A stretch of DNA of 64,000 nt from Cystobasidiomycetes sp. EMM_F5. Its lineage: Eukaryota. The notes below the pieces were generated by a model that saw only the letters and a program-made list of their open reading frames with translations, was not told where the DNA came from and did no database searches. The position numbers and the translations under genes were made by a program. Positions 12,480-24,791 of this stretch are shown in pieces. The stretch covers positions 62,001 through 126,000 of the forward strand of contig JBPGPT010000002.1 in the NCBI GenBank assembly GCA_051047955.1, written 5' to 3'. Numbering within the stretch: position 1 is the first letter of the stretch; every line of letters begins with the position of its first letter.

Positions 12480-15433
12480 ATGCGCACGGCCTTCCGGTCA
12501 GTGTCGCACACCATCAAACTCGGACTCAGTCTACCCAGTACTTGTGCCAAGCCTGCTCCTGCTCTCATCCGTCCACGTATCCAAAGGTCCCCACATTCGC
12601 GTTTCCAAACCCACTTTTCCACCCATTGTCCACTACACAACCTCACATTCGGAATGTCGTCAGCAGAGGGTCCGTCCCCGCCTCAGGCAGCATACGCCTT
12701 TGCAGAAATCACAGCCGAGTCCATCTCAAAGATTACTCAAGAAGCGATTGCTCGGGCACGCACGCTAGAAGATCGTATAGGCACGCTCGCAGCATCGCAG
12801 TGCACTTTCGACGCGGTTGTGCGGCCGCTGGCTCTCGAGGAAGCGCGTATGGATGTCGAGACTGATTCTGGTAGGCAACAGGACTCACTGAAGTGGTGCT
12901 GGTCTGAGTCTTGATCCGTTGTTCTGTAGTCACATTTATGCAAAGTGTCTCTACCGACAAAGCCCTCAGAGATGCAGCCACGCAAGCGACAAAGGAGCTG
13001 TCTGACTTTGGCATTGAGAGCTCGATGCGTCAAGATATATACATAGCTCTCAAGCAGACCAGTGAAAATACAAAATCAGGGTCTCTCGACGCCGAGTCCG
13101 ACCGCTTACTCGAACGGATGCTGCGCGACAAACGACGAGCTGGTCTTAGTCTGTCTGCGGAGAAGCAAGCCAAGTTCAAGGAACTCAAGACACAGATCAA
13201 CAACAAGTGCATTGAGTTTCGAAAGAACTGCGACGAAGAGGCCGGGTTTCTGCTTCTGACAGAGGGAGAGTTGGAGGGCGTTCCAGACAGCGTGCTGTCG
13301 GGCTATGAGAAGGTCGAGGATGGCGGGGAATCAAAGTGCAAAGTTACACACAAGACTCCAGACATCGTGCCCGTTATGCGATACTGTAAGAACCCATCGA
13401 CGCGGCGACGAGCGTTCCTATCATTCGAGAACCGATCCAGTATAAATACGAAGCTGTTTCAAGAGGTCATGGAGGTGAGTATCTCTGCAAACCTCTGCAC
13501 GAAGTACAGGAAACTGACTATGGGTGCTTTAGCTGCGACGCGAGGCTGCCTCCGTCATAGGATACTCAACATGGGCAGATTACATCATCGAGCCGAAGAT
13601 GGCCAAATCTGCAAAGACAGCCATCGATTTCTTAGAAGATCTCTACAGCAAGATCAAACCAATAGGCGAATTGGAACGTGACCGCTTATTGGCGTTGAAA
13701 AAACAGGAGGCCGGCGAACTTAAAATTGACTTCGATGGGCAATTCAACGCATACGATTACCGCTATCTGGACCGGCTGTACACTGAGAGAACGCTCAAGC
13801 TCGACGATGAAGAAGTCAAGCAATACCTGCCAGTCGAGCAGGTCGTCTCGAAAACATTCCAGCTGTATCAAGATCTGCTGGGCGTTCAGTGCTTCCAGGA
13901 TAAGAAAGCACAAGTTTGGCACAAGGATGTGACTGCTTGGACAGTATGGGACAAGGATATACAAGGAGATCAATCCTTTATGGGCTATCTCTACCTCGAT
14001 TTGTTTCCACGTGAAAACAAGTATGTGCAGTGACGTTCTGTACCTCCACAACATGATCTGAGTGGGACGCAGGTATGGTCATGCGGCAGTCTTCACACTT
14101 CAACCGGGCTTCGTCAAAGAGGACGGCTCACGCAGTTACCCCGTCTGCTCTGTATGTGCACGCTTTAGGCTGTGAGACGAGACATATATAGGCTTACCGA
14201 GCTTTCTCAGATGGTAGCAAATCTAGCAAAGGTGAGATTGACGTCACAGCAGTGTAGCAGACATGCTGACTACTTTACAATAGCCCACAGCCGATCAGCC
14301 AGCGTTATTGTCGCATTACGATTTTGTGACATTCTTCCACGAAGTTCGTCGTCTTCTGGTGCGGCCAGACGCTGTTTACTGACACTCTAGGTTCGCGCAG
14401 ATGGGACACGCATGGCACTGTCTACTGAGTCGGACGCTATTCGCACGCTTTGCCGGCACAAGAGTGGCGCGCGACTTCGGTGAGAATTGGTTCCAGACCG
14501 TACTTACAGGAGCTCATCAGCCTGCTTGCCTTAATCACGTCCTTCAGTCGAGGCTCCAAGTCAGATGTTGGGTATGCGATTTGGTCCACCACGTTCGATG
14601 ACGAGCGCTAAATGCAAACAATCAGAGAATTGGTGCTATACGCACAAGGTTCTACAAGACGTTTCGCAACATTACAAGACCAAAAAGCCCATGCCAGACG
14701 AGCTGATCGAGAAAATCATTAAAAGCGATAGCATCAATAAGGTACGTGACTTTGGTCACATGTAAGAAAGCTCAACACTGAAACGAGCGTGCTCTATCAG
14801 GGACTATTCAACCTCCGGCAACTCATGTTTGGCAAATTCGATTTGACCGTCCACACCTCGAAGGGTACGATGGAGACATGCGTTGGTGGACAACGCGTCA
14901 TTTCTAATCACGACACGCAGAGCCGTTGGACTATACAAAGCTGTGGAACGACATCAGAGAAGAAGTCGCTTTGACTAAACTCGTAACGGATAAATTGCCA
15001 GAAGGTCAAGGCTCCTTCGCCCATCTGGTTGGCGGATACGAGTGAGTGTCATATACTCTTTCTGCAACGCCATGCATCTGACGAAGACTCTTCCGCCAGT
15101 GCCGGAGTAAGCTGACTTGTCTGTGTACACGGAGAAGAACCAGCTGCTGACTGTCTGCTTCAGTATTATGGCTACTTGTACAGTCAATCGTTTTCAGGTG
15201 TGTCCAACCGATGAACGAAGGCAGCAATCAGCTAAAACCCGCCGGCAGCTGATATGTACGCAAGCGTCTTTGCGGCCGATCCGCTGTCTCGGGAGAAGGG
15301 CAGCCTGTACCGGAAGGAGATACTAGGTCCGGGTGGTTCGCGAGACGAGATGGACTCATTGACAGCCTTCTTGGGCCGCCCACCGTCTAATGATGCATTC
15401 ATGAAGAAGCTTTTGTCGGGAGCGCAAGGATAG
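12480..15433 (+). CDS. M3A metallo-oligopeptidase (thimet oligopeptidase/saccharolysin, Prd1-like); in-frame second ATG at 12654
   Basis: YLDLFPRENKYGHAA, spliced TFFHE|MGHAWH (HEXXH), RDFVEAPSQMLENW, HLVGGYDAGYYGYLYS and ILGPGGSRD...FLGRPP motifs; stop TAG 15431-15433. Confidence 0.92.
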
Positions 15434-15792
15434 ACAGTTTGGTTTTCTAGCGGGGCCGGAACGCTGAACCTCAGCATGGCAAACGAAGACACAATAGACA
15501 TACGTCTTCCGAACTCAACGCGGGGTGGATAGGAAGGTGCGAGCGTGAGGAGCATTGGCAGTCCTTGCGTGAGGTCTTATATGCAATCCTCAAGGGTCCG
15601 TGCACCATTTCGTGGCGGGCCGAAACTAGCGAGCGAGGTACTGCTAGCGCACGTTGTCAGATGCTGTATGCGTTGTAATTCAATGCCGCGAAAGTGCGCT
15701 TCTCGTGGACTCGGAGTTCCCCAAGTTCGCTAGGAACATGTCTACTTGCTTGTTGACAAGCTGCGGACCGCTCGCGCATTACTCCTCATGCG

Positions 15793-16461
15793 ATGATTGC
15801 AAGTCTGATCCAGCACACGTATTGCTATGGATGCTGACGCTTGTCTTTTGCAGCGCTTCTTCCTGTGCCAGAACCGGCAGGGCAAGGTCAGGCCGAATGT
15901 GCAAGTCAATAGAACACTACTGAATAGCAGGCTGCCTGCAGACACGGCTGTCCAAATGGTTTCAGCCTTACGACGATGACGAGAAGGGAAAGTTGCGCGG
16001 CGAGGTTCATCGAGTAGTTGCCTCGCGGGACAGCAAACATCAAAGCAACTTTGTCGAGGTGGGCTATTTGGCAAGCCGACACCGAGCAAACATGGCTCAA
16101 ACTCGCTGCATTCTACAGTTCAAGAACTACAAGCTTGTGTACAGACGCTATGCAGGCCTCTTCTTTTGTCTATGCGTCGACCAAAACGACAATGAACTGG
16201 CGTACCTCGAAGCAATCCACCTGTTTGTGGAGATACTCGACTCATTCTTCGGCAACGTGTGCGAACTAGACCTGCTCTTCAACTTCCACAAGGCATGTTG
16301 CCAGGCTACGCGACTACGAGGGCTTTACGTAACAAAGTTGCTGACAGTTCAATCCGCAGGTATACGCGGTCTTGGACGAGGTATTTCTGGCTGGGGAGAT
16401 CGAGGAAACGTCGAAACACGTCATTCTGAACCGATTGGAGTATCTCGAATCCCTACCCTGA
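15793..16461 (+). CDS. APS2: AP-2 adaptor complex sigma subunit
   Basis: Spliced protein [68 protein letters not shown]...[32 protein letters not shown]; the YRRYAGLFF signature indicates sigma-2. Confidence 0.92.
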
Positions 16462-16557
16462 TCTCATCACGGCTATATCACGAATGAAATTTGTGCATGT
16501 TGTTGTACTGGTACTACGACAGAGCGCTCGCACCTCAGAACTGAATCCTGACAGCGT

Positions 16558-19428
16558 CTAAGCCTTCTTATCCCAATCAAGCTCCCGTGCCGCTTTGCCA
16601 AGTGCCCATGTTGTCCAGATGAGCTTGAAGTTGGGATAGTCTATGGAACACGACTTATTGAAGATTCCGCACTGGCAACGTGACAAGATTTTCAGTCCGT
16701 CATACTCTACCACGAGCGACATTTCAACTCACAGTCGTCTCCAGAAGCCACTGTCCGTTGCGCTGCTGCCTGCTCATTATGATTCGACAGCCTTTCTTGA
16801 TGGCGTCATGATCCGGATACTCCGCAACGAGGAGAGCCATGACAGCCCATGCAGTATTGATAACCAGAGAGGAGTCTGCATTTACCCACACGCCCCGCTC
16901 GCAAGCCTTGTAGCTTTCACCCCAACCTCCATCTGACATCTGCTTGCTGATCAGAAAGTCGCACGCTTTGCGAACTCGCGGGGACGTTGCATACACTTCG
17001 CCGTTGATGGCGAGCGACTCGAGTGCAAACATGGTGGCATACGTAAAACAAACACCCCAGCTGCCAAACCACGAGCCGTCAGGTCGCTGAGAAGCGTGTA
17101 TGTATCCGATGGCTCTACGGATAGTATTGCTATTACGACGGAAGAAATGTTCAGTCCGGCAGACGAGAGCAAGAGAGCGAGCCAGGCTTACTCCACTTCT
17201 TTTGAACGATAGTCCGGATATCGTTTCCGAAAGAGGCTGAGTGCGGTCAATGAAGCGGTCGTGCATTCAGGGTAATTGTATTCGATCATTATATTCCCCT
17301 GTATGTAGTAATCAGCGGATAGCAACTAAATTGCCACGATTAACGTACGAAGACTTCTGCCGGATTGATGTACTCCATATACTGCGTCCCACGTATCAGC
17401 TCGTAGGATGCGAAGCCGCCATTGGGATTTTGCAGTGAGAGCAGGATATCCACCGCCCATTGCAATCTATGCTTGCTGACATTATTTGGTGTATAGCTGA
17501 TAGCAGAGGATTGTTAGTACGGTGTTTGCGGCTGACTAGACGCTACTTACTCGAGACTTTGCAGATACATAACAGCCTTCATGCCTTCTGCTGTACAATC
17601 GCTGACTGTCCAATGCTGTTCGCGAGTACTGAAAGGCCATGCACCTTTGCTTGGGTGTCTGTGTGCAGTCGCGACATGCGGTGTATCTTCTTGCATCTGG
17701 CAATCGTCCAGCCAGTCCAGCAGCTTGACAACTGATTGTTGATTCTCCTTGATCTCTGCCAGGCCCGTCTCTTTGAGCATCTGAGCAGCAAATGCCGCAT
17801 CCCACAGCTGACTGCCATTTGTACCGCACATCAACATGCCAGATGGTGACTGCCAGAAAAAGTCGCGAACGGTCTCTAGATGGCCCAGGTAGCCTTTGCC
17901 GTCTGGACCTTCTTCGATCCACCTGATAACAATGCGATTATGTATAGGATCGATGTGCGGAAACGGAGTACGTACCGACAAAGCATATTGAAAGCCTTTG
18001 AGACTGGCCCAATAGTCTGGCAATTTGAATTCTCATCGTCGCAGACTATCAAGCGGTACGCCTCGCGAATGCCGGCTTGTCGAACAGCCTTTGGGCAGAT
18101 GAGCTTTTCCCAACCGCCAAGTATCACGTACAGAGCGTCCAAAGCTCGAGAATGAGGACAGTAAATGTCAATCGCAGCTACTTTATTCCGGCAAGAAGGC
18201 CAGTGTATAGAAGAATACGGCTCTACGTATATTTCCTGCTCGTCAAGAGTCAAACGAGCGCGTCTACATGTGCCTGTGTGTTCTTACCTCTCGTAATGAG
18301 CGTGTCAGATCGTTCAGTGGTACGACAAATTTCTTCCCGTAGATGTAGCCAAGGGGTATGTAGACAGCGCGCGTGTGACACCACCATCGCGAAGGATGTA
18401 TAGGTATGAATTTCGGTAGTAGCCTGTAGGTAGACAGAGGTCGGGTATCAGCGTCTGCAGGGCCTTTCTACATACGGTCTGTGTCGTACCATAATTCAGG
18501 TGGTATGGCATTGAGGCCGTCCCAATCATATACGCCTAGTATGGACAGCCAAGCTTTTCCCCACGATGGCACGCCAGAAGCGCCGCCTAGGGCATGCAAA
18601 GTCGCCCTCGCCCGGATCATGAGCGGCTCCTCTTTGTCAACACCGAGAAGACGCATGGTAACGTAGTTCATCGCGGTCCCGTAGACTGTTGATGGTCCCT
18701 CGTCGTGTCTAAAGGCGTATGCTTGAGTAATTTAGAGGCTTTATCAACCGCTGAATGACTTACAATCCCCATCCTTGATCGTCAGGTCCGCCTCTCCGTT
18801 GTACATTTGCGAGGTAGCGGGATATTTCGATCTTCCATTCCTCAGGGATAGGTGTTTGTGTTGCGTAGAGTGTGATGATCATGCCGGGGAGCTGCAAATA
18901 ATCTCAGCCTATTCGGTCTGCTGAGATATGAATAATCTTTCGCAGCATACGAGGAAGAGAGGACCGCCATATTCTCCAGACCAATGTCCGTCTGGACTTT
19001 GCAGAGTTTTCATAAAGTCGTAGCCATTCTTTGCTGCTTGAAAGGGATCTCCGTGAGGATCCGGCAATGCTGGTGCATCCTGTACACAATTCGCTAGTCA
19101 GGTGAAGGGGATGTTACTGCAGCGTGCGCGGAACTTGCAGTCTCCAATCCAAGCCAATACTTTTCCTCTGCAGTCTGGTCATTTCTCTGCTCTTTGGGCG
19201 GGATTGTCAATGGATTCGGGGCACCACTTTGGAAAGTTGACATGCGAGACGACATTTAGCCGACTTCTGCATGAACAACGAGGACACCGAAATTCTAGCC
19301 CACAGGTTGTCAGTACCCGACTGCTTGTAAGACCAGACATGCCTCCCGCGGTCGGAGGAGTCGAGCCTCCAACGCGTCAGATCAGTGCGACCCAGCGGCC
19401 CATCGGCAAAGAGAGCTTTCTTGGGCAT
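16558..19428 (-). CDS. ERG7: Oxidosqualene-lanosterol cyclase (lanosterol synthase)
   Basis: TDLTRWRL N-terminus, [24 protein letters not shown], catalytic [10 protein letters not shown] repeats ([22 protein letters not shown]), C-terminal [14 protein letters not shown]. Confidence 0.95.
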
Positions 19429-19741
19429 GGCTGCAGAGTGGCCTTTCGACGGCGGGCCTAACAGCAGGACATCATTCTCCGGCCAGAGTCAGCTGTGAAG
19501 CAACATTGGCAACCAGCACTGTAAGGTCTCGGTATGAAAGCGCAATCGACCGAGTTCGCCCAAGGTCTAAGAGCCTGCGACTCCAGATAATGTCATATAC
19601 TTGCTTATGCAGGCAGGCTGTCGATGAGCTGAAATACAGCGTATCGGGGTCCATTGTCGTCGGAATTATGCTCAATTCCGTTCGCCCGACTTGCTGCATC
19701 ATAAGGCGGACCTTGCTTGCCTGGACACATATCAGCCAAAT

Positions 19742-20746
19742 ATGCCGTCGGAGAAGCATGTTTCTACCATACACTGTCCAGAAAGTAACACTGATCAATG
19801 CCGCAAAGCTACTGTCCTGATCCTCCTGGCAGACACTCCAGTCCCCAGCGTGCGCGAAAAGCACGGCGACTATCACGACGTCTTTACCACACTCTTCCAG
19901 CGAAGTCTGGCATCATATCTGGACGAACTTCAAGACATCGTCTTTACAATTAAAAGCTACGATGTAGTCAACGAGCCGTGGGAGTATCCCAAGCAGGCAG
20001 AGTTGGACCAGGCTTCAGCATTGCTTATCACAGGCAGCGGTGAGGCGGTTCTTATCGTTGTACTTTACTCTTAAAGGAAGCAGAGCTAAAGTAAATGCAC
20101 GCTTGATACAGCGGCTTCTGCATACGAAGATAAGCCATGGATCAACAGGCTGACCGACTTTACGGCTGCCGTTCGCCACACTAAACCCAAGCTAAAGCTG
20201 GTCGGAATCTGCTACGGACACCAGATCATAGCGCGAGCCTTGGGAGGGCAGTGCGAACCAAACAGCAAGGGATGGGAGCTTGGTGTCAGGTCAATGGAAT
20301 TGACAGACATCGGGAAACGACTACTTCAGCGTAAAGAGGCGAGAGATCAAGAGACCGTGGTCAGATGTAGTCAATACATCAGCAGGTAAACCTTACTTAT
20401 TACTGCTTCTATTTCTTTTCAGACCATCCATCAAGTCCATCGCGACCACGTCCCTGTCATGCCGCCGGACTTTGCGTGTCTCGGTAGCACGACAGACTGT
20501 GCCATACACGGTATGGTGTACCCCAAAGACTCGGAATCGCTATCAGAAGCTCGTATTCTCACGCTACAAGGCCATCCGGAATTCTCACCAGATATCGTCA
20601 CAAAGATTATCGATGTCCGTGAAGAAAAGGGCATTCTGACAAAGGAGCTGGCCGACAAGAGCAGGCAGTACGCTGCTCTACATGACGATGGCATATATCT
20701 TGGCGCAGTCATCCTGCGATTCATTAGTCAAGGTGGCAATCACTGA
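19742..20746 (+). CDS. Class I glutamine amidotransferase-like hydrolase (YLR126C/gamma-glutamyl-peptidase-like), copy 1
   Basis: GDYHDVF, LLITGS|AASAY, nucleophile elbow GICYGHQ, GWELG, HQVHRDHV, LQGHPEF (Cys-His-Glu triad); two introns. Confidence 0.9.
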
Positions 20747-20971
20747 TCACTATTTCGTGTAGCAAAAGTAATGCGGCATAGCTGTGCACATTCATTCATT
20801 CACATTAACGCAACCCAGACGGGAGCAAGTTGATGCGATGCCATTTCCACCGGTGGCTGAGCCCTCCACTCCTGCGTCTGCATGAATTCGCTTAAAAAGA
20901 CTGGGTCTCGGCTAAACTTCGCAGAGGTTCAGGGCGCGTTTTTGCCTTCTGACTAACCGTCCTCAAGCGCG

Positions 20972-21973
20972 ATGCCTTACCAGAGTCCCGTTTCCTTCAT
21001 CCAGGTCCCCGATGGTGCAGCAACCAATGCACGTACTGTCACGCTACTAATTCTGCAGGCAGGAAGTACGAATGATATCGTTCGCCGAAAATATGGTGAC
21101 TACCACGATATTTTCACGTCCCTCTTCCGAAAGAGCGTGTCTGCTCATCCAGATGGCTTGACCGGCTGTAATTTCCGCATCAAGACCTATGACATTGTGA
21201 ACGAACATAGGGAGTATCCCACTCCTGCGGATCTCGAACAAGCTTCGGCCATACTCATTACGGGAAGTCGTGAGTTTCCCATTTCGTGTCTGGATAAGTA
21301 TTCCAACCTGCACTCGACTTTCCTGACGTGACGCTCAGCTGCCACGATCTACGAGTACGAGCCGTGGAGCGTGCAATTGACCAGGTTCGTCAGAGACCTG
21401 CGGATAACGCACCCCAGAATCAAGTTGGTGGGCATCTGCTACGGTCACCAGGTCATCGCCCTGGCGCACGGAGCAAGTTGCAAGCTGAACCCGAAAGGTT
21501 GGGAGTTGGGTGTCAGACCGCTCCGTCTGACCGAGATTGGGAAAAAATTGTTGAAGCGAGACGACGACGAAGACAGAGATGTTATAGTAAGTCATACAGA
21601 CATACATTTGCGTACAGTACAACTTTGTGACATATTCCCGCAGACGATCCACCAAGTCCATCGTGATATCGTTCCCGAACTTCCTGCTGGTTTCGCCTGC
21701 CTTGGCAGTACACCGGACTGCGATATCCATGGAATGGTATATCCCGAAAATCCCACGACAATTAAAGACGCTCGTATACTCACCTTACAAGGTCATCCCG
21801 AGTTCTTCCACGATATCGTCACCACAATAATCGACATACGCGAAGAGAAGGGCATCTTGACGAAGGAGCTGGCCGATCAAAGCAGGCAGTACGCTGCTCT
21901 ACATGATGATGGGATCTATCTCGGAGCGATCGTCCTTCGGTTCATTGCGCAGAACACATCAATGCCCTATTGA
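20972..21973 (+). CDS. Class I glutamine amidotransferase-like hydrolase, copy 2
   Basis: GDYHDIF, ILITGS, GICYGHQ, GWELG, HQVHRDIV, LQGHPEF; same two intron positions as copy 1. Confidence 0.9.
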
Positions 21974-22208
21974 GCGCTCTTCGCTCGGATGCTGTCGAGG
22001 CTAGCCAAGTAGGCAGAGACGCTTACTGAGCTACACATTAGACAAATGCATTCAGTTTCTTGCAAGTTGTACGACATATATGCGCACTGCGTTGGCCAGG
22101 CCCACCCGCTGATAATCCTATCTACGTAAAACATCGGTTAAATCGCTTAATCGCATACTGTACTCACGACTTCTTAAATTGTCTTTCTTCATCACCGACT
22201 ACGATATA

Positions 22209-23175
22209 ATGGCAATGACTCATGACCACAGGGTCTCCATTGTTCACGGGCTGGATCACTCCGGTCCTACAACACGTCCGTTTACACTACTAATCCTTTC
22301 GGCCGGCGGAGACGATTGGCATCCTGTCTTTACCACCCTGTTCCAGCGTAGTATGTCCGCCTTTCCGGATCAACTTACGGACATCGTGTTGACCATCAAG
22401 ACATACGACATCCGTAATGAACCTGGACATTATCCGGAACAGGCGGAGATCGATAGCGCTGCAGCTTTGCTGATCACCGGGAGCCGTAAGCGATGCGCAA
22501 TTGGATGGCTGAGCTGAAATAATATGTTGCACGATGCTTCCAGCCGCTGCAGCTTATGGGGACGATTCTTGGATACATGGATTGTCCAGCTTTATCTCCT
22601 TTTTACACTCGACCAAACCGGAGCTGAAGCTCATTGGAATTTGCTTCGGTCATCAAATAATAGCGCAGTCCCTGGGCGGGAAGTGCGAGTTGAACGAGAA
22701 GGGTCTCGAAATCGGTGTACGCTCAATTGTTCTGACACCTTCCGGGAGAGCATTGCTCGGGGCCTCAAGTCCGGAACACTCTGGAGCGATAGTGCGTCGA
22801 GCATCCCCTTTTACTTTCCCGCATTATCAAATGATCTGCAACGTGGTATTTTGCCCACAGAGACTGCACCAGTTTCACAGTGACCATGTCACGAAGCTAC
22901 CGCCTGGCTTCACTTGCATAGGGAGTACACCTGATTGTCATGTCCATGGTATGGTCTATCCCGAGACTGTCACTTCGCTAGCCGATGCTCGCGTTGTGAC
23001 ACTGCAAGGTCATCCCGAGCATACCCCTGAGATGGTACTCCGGTACACCGCCCACGCTGTTGAGAAAGGCGCTGTGTCGAGCGAAGAAGCGGAGCATTTG
23101 CGATACAAAGCTGGTCTGAATGATGATGGTCTTTTTGTAGGGGCGATACTCCTTCGATTTATCGTGCGCGCATAA
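22209..23175 (+). CDS. Class I glutamine amidotransferase-like hydrolase, copy 3
   Basis: LLITGS, GICFGHQ, GLEIG, HQFHSDHV, LQGHPEH; same intron positions. Confidence 0.88.
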
Positions 23176-23456
23176 AGTGCAGTACTTCAGCCTGCACATA
23201 CTATAGCTTTAAATGAGAAACTACACGCGACTTGTAATGCAAAGCAGGACCTTTACGGCTATCGCGACAGCCATTTCTTCGCAAAAGTTTCTCGTTCGCA
23301 GAGGCTATGCGATTTAATACCAGAGTAGATCTCCAACCGCACTTGCGAGTGGACTGTGATTGTAGTAGTTTGAATCATCGGCTAAATTGTGGCAAGCGAA
23401 CGGTTGGTCAGTCGGTGGCTCCGTCAATGCTCTTATAAACACTGACGACTTGTTCC

Positions 23457-24431
23457 ATGCCATCTGAAGACCAGAAATCGACAGGCCAAGTGTCGGGCTG
23501 CACACGTAGTGCGCCCAACACCGTGACCCTCTTGATATTGTCGGCTGGCAGCGGTGACTATCATCCTGTTTACGTGGAACTGTTCAGACAGAGTGTTTTA
23601 GCGCACCAAGAAGGGCTCGAGGGCGTTATCTTCGTTATCAAGACATACGCTATCGTCCGTGAGCCTAGAGAGTACCCCGGTGAGACCGATGTTAAGGAGG
23701 CAGCAGCGATACTAATCACTGGAAGCCGTAAGAGTGCCCACAGTAGTAAGCACCCGTTCGGCGTATCTGATGGAATGATATGATACCATTTGTCATCCGA
23801 AAAATCGTCCAGCTGCATCTGTGGTCGATGCCGAAGAGTGGATCCTCAAGCTAATCGATTTTATTTCGTGGAGTCGCTACGTCAATACCGACATCAGAAT
23901 CATTGGCATCTGTTTCGGACACCAACTATTAGCGGCATGTCTGGGTGGCCGCTGTCAAACCGACGTTAAATGTTGGGAGATTGGCGTGTCTTCCGTCGTG
24001 TTAACAGATTCTGGCAAAGCTCTTTTACGGAATCCAGAATCGGAAAGCACTGACGCACTCGTACGTATGGCTCCAACGTTACATGTAATTGATTTCCTGA
24101 ATTTCCTGCTCCAAAGCGAATTCACCAGTTTCATGGCGAGCAGGTGACGGATTTGCCGCCTGGTTTTGCATGCCTCGGTAGCACACCCAGCTGTGCCATA
24201 CAGGGCATGGTCTACCCCGAAGATGCGACGTCTCTGGCAGAAGCACGCATATTGACTTTGCAAGGCCATCCCGAGTACTCTCCTCGCCTAAGTCTTGCGG
24301 GATTGCGTAGGCTGGCAGAAGCAGGCGCTCTGTCTGACAAGGAGGCAGAAAAATACCGAGCGCATGCCACAATGCCCGACGATGGTGTTTACATTGGGGC
24401 ATTGCTGCTTCGCTTCATCGCAGAGCGATGA
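23457..24431 (+). CDS. Class I glutamine amidotransferase-like hydrolase, copy 4
   Basis: ILITGS, GICFGHQ, CWEIG, HQFHGEQV, LQGHPEY; same intron positions. Confidence 0.88.
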
Positions 24432-24458
24432 GCTTATTGGCGGTTTCGGACGTGGAGG

Positions 24459-24791
24459 TTACTTTGGAATGGAGCTGTTTGACTTTGCGCGAGCCAGCAC
24501 ATATTCAAGGAAAGTCCTCTCGTGAATGATGTCTACACTTTCGTCCGTGAATGCAAATCGTCTGCGCATGGGCTCCGAGTACTGCTTCCAGAATGCTTCG
24601 TTCATTCGAGCGGTCATGTAGCGGCAGGTCCGAGATAGGGCTATAGCCGCGTAGCAGTCGCAATGCATCATGATATTTTCCAGTATTTCGTCCGGCAGAT
24701 GCAGTAGTGACTGAGTGCTACGCCAATCTAGCTGGTGCCAGTGCGATTGTGTGCGTAGTCCTTGGCCGCTGACACCATCCGCTGTCGACAT
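24459..24791 (-). CDS. Small F-box protein (110 aa, intronless)
   Basis: LLHLPDEILENIMMHCDCYAAIALSRTCRYM...FW matches the F-box pattern (L..LP.EIL..I.........L...C+); no further domain visible. Confidence 0.65.
   Translation of the reverse strand: MSTADGVSGQGLRTQSHWHQLDWRSTQSLLHLPDEILENIMMHCDCYAAIALSRTCRYMTARMNEAFWKQYSEPMRRRFAFTDESVDIIHERTFLEYVLARAKSNSSIPK

Noticed and set aside
16558..19428. Oxidosqualene cyclase as the core of a novel triterpene gene cluster
   Set aside because: The product-determining positions are lanosterol-type (GTNGSQ with Thr; [12 protein letters not shown] with Gln and Val, not the Tyr/His/Ile of cycloartenol synthases). No P450, acyltransferase or glycosyltransferase lies nearby. 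It is best read as housekeeping ERG7.
19742..24431. Horizontal transfer of the GATase genes from bacteria
   Set aside because: All four carry spliceosomal introns at shared positions and the subfamily is native to fungi. Only a phylogeny could revive the idea.
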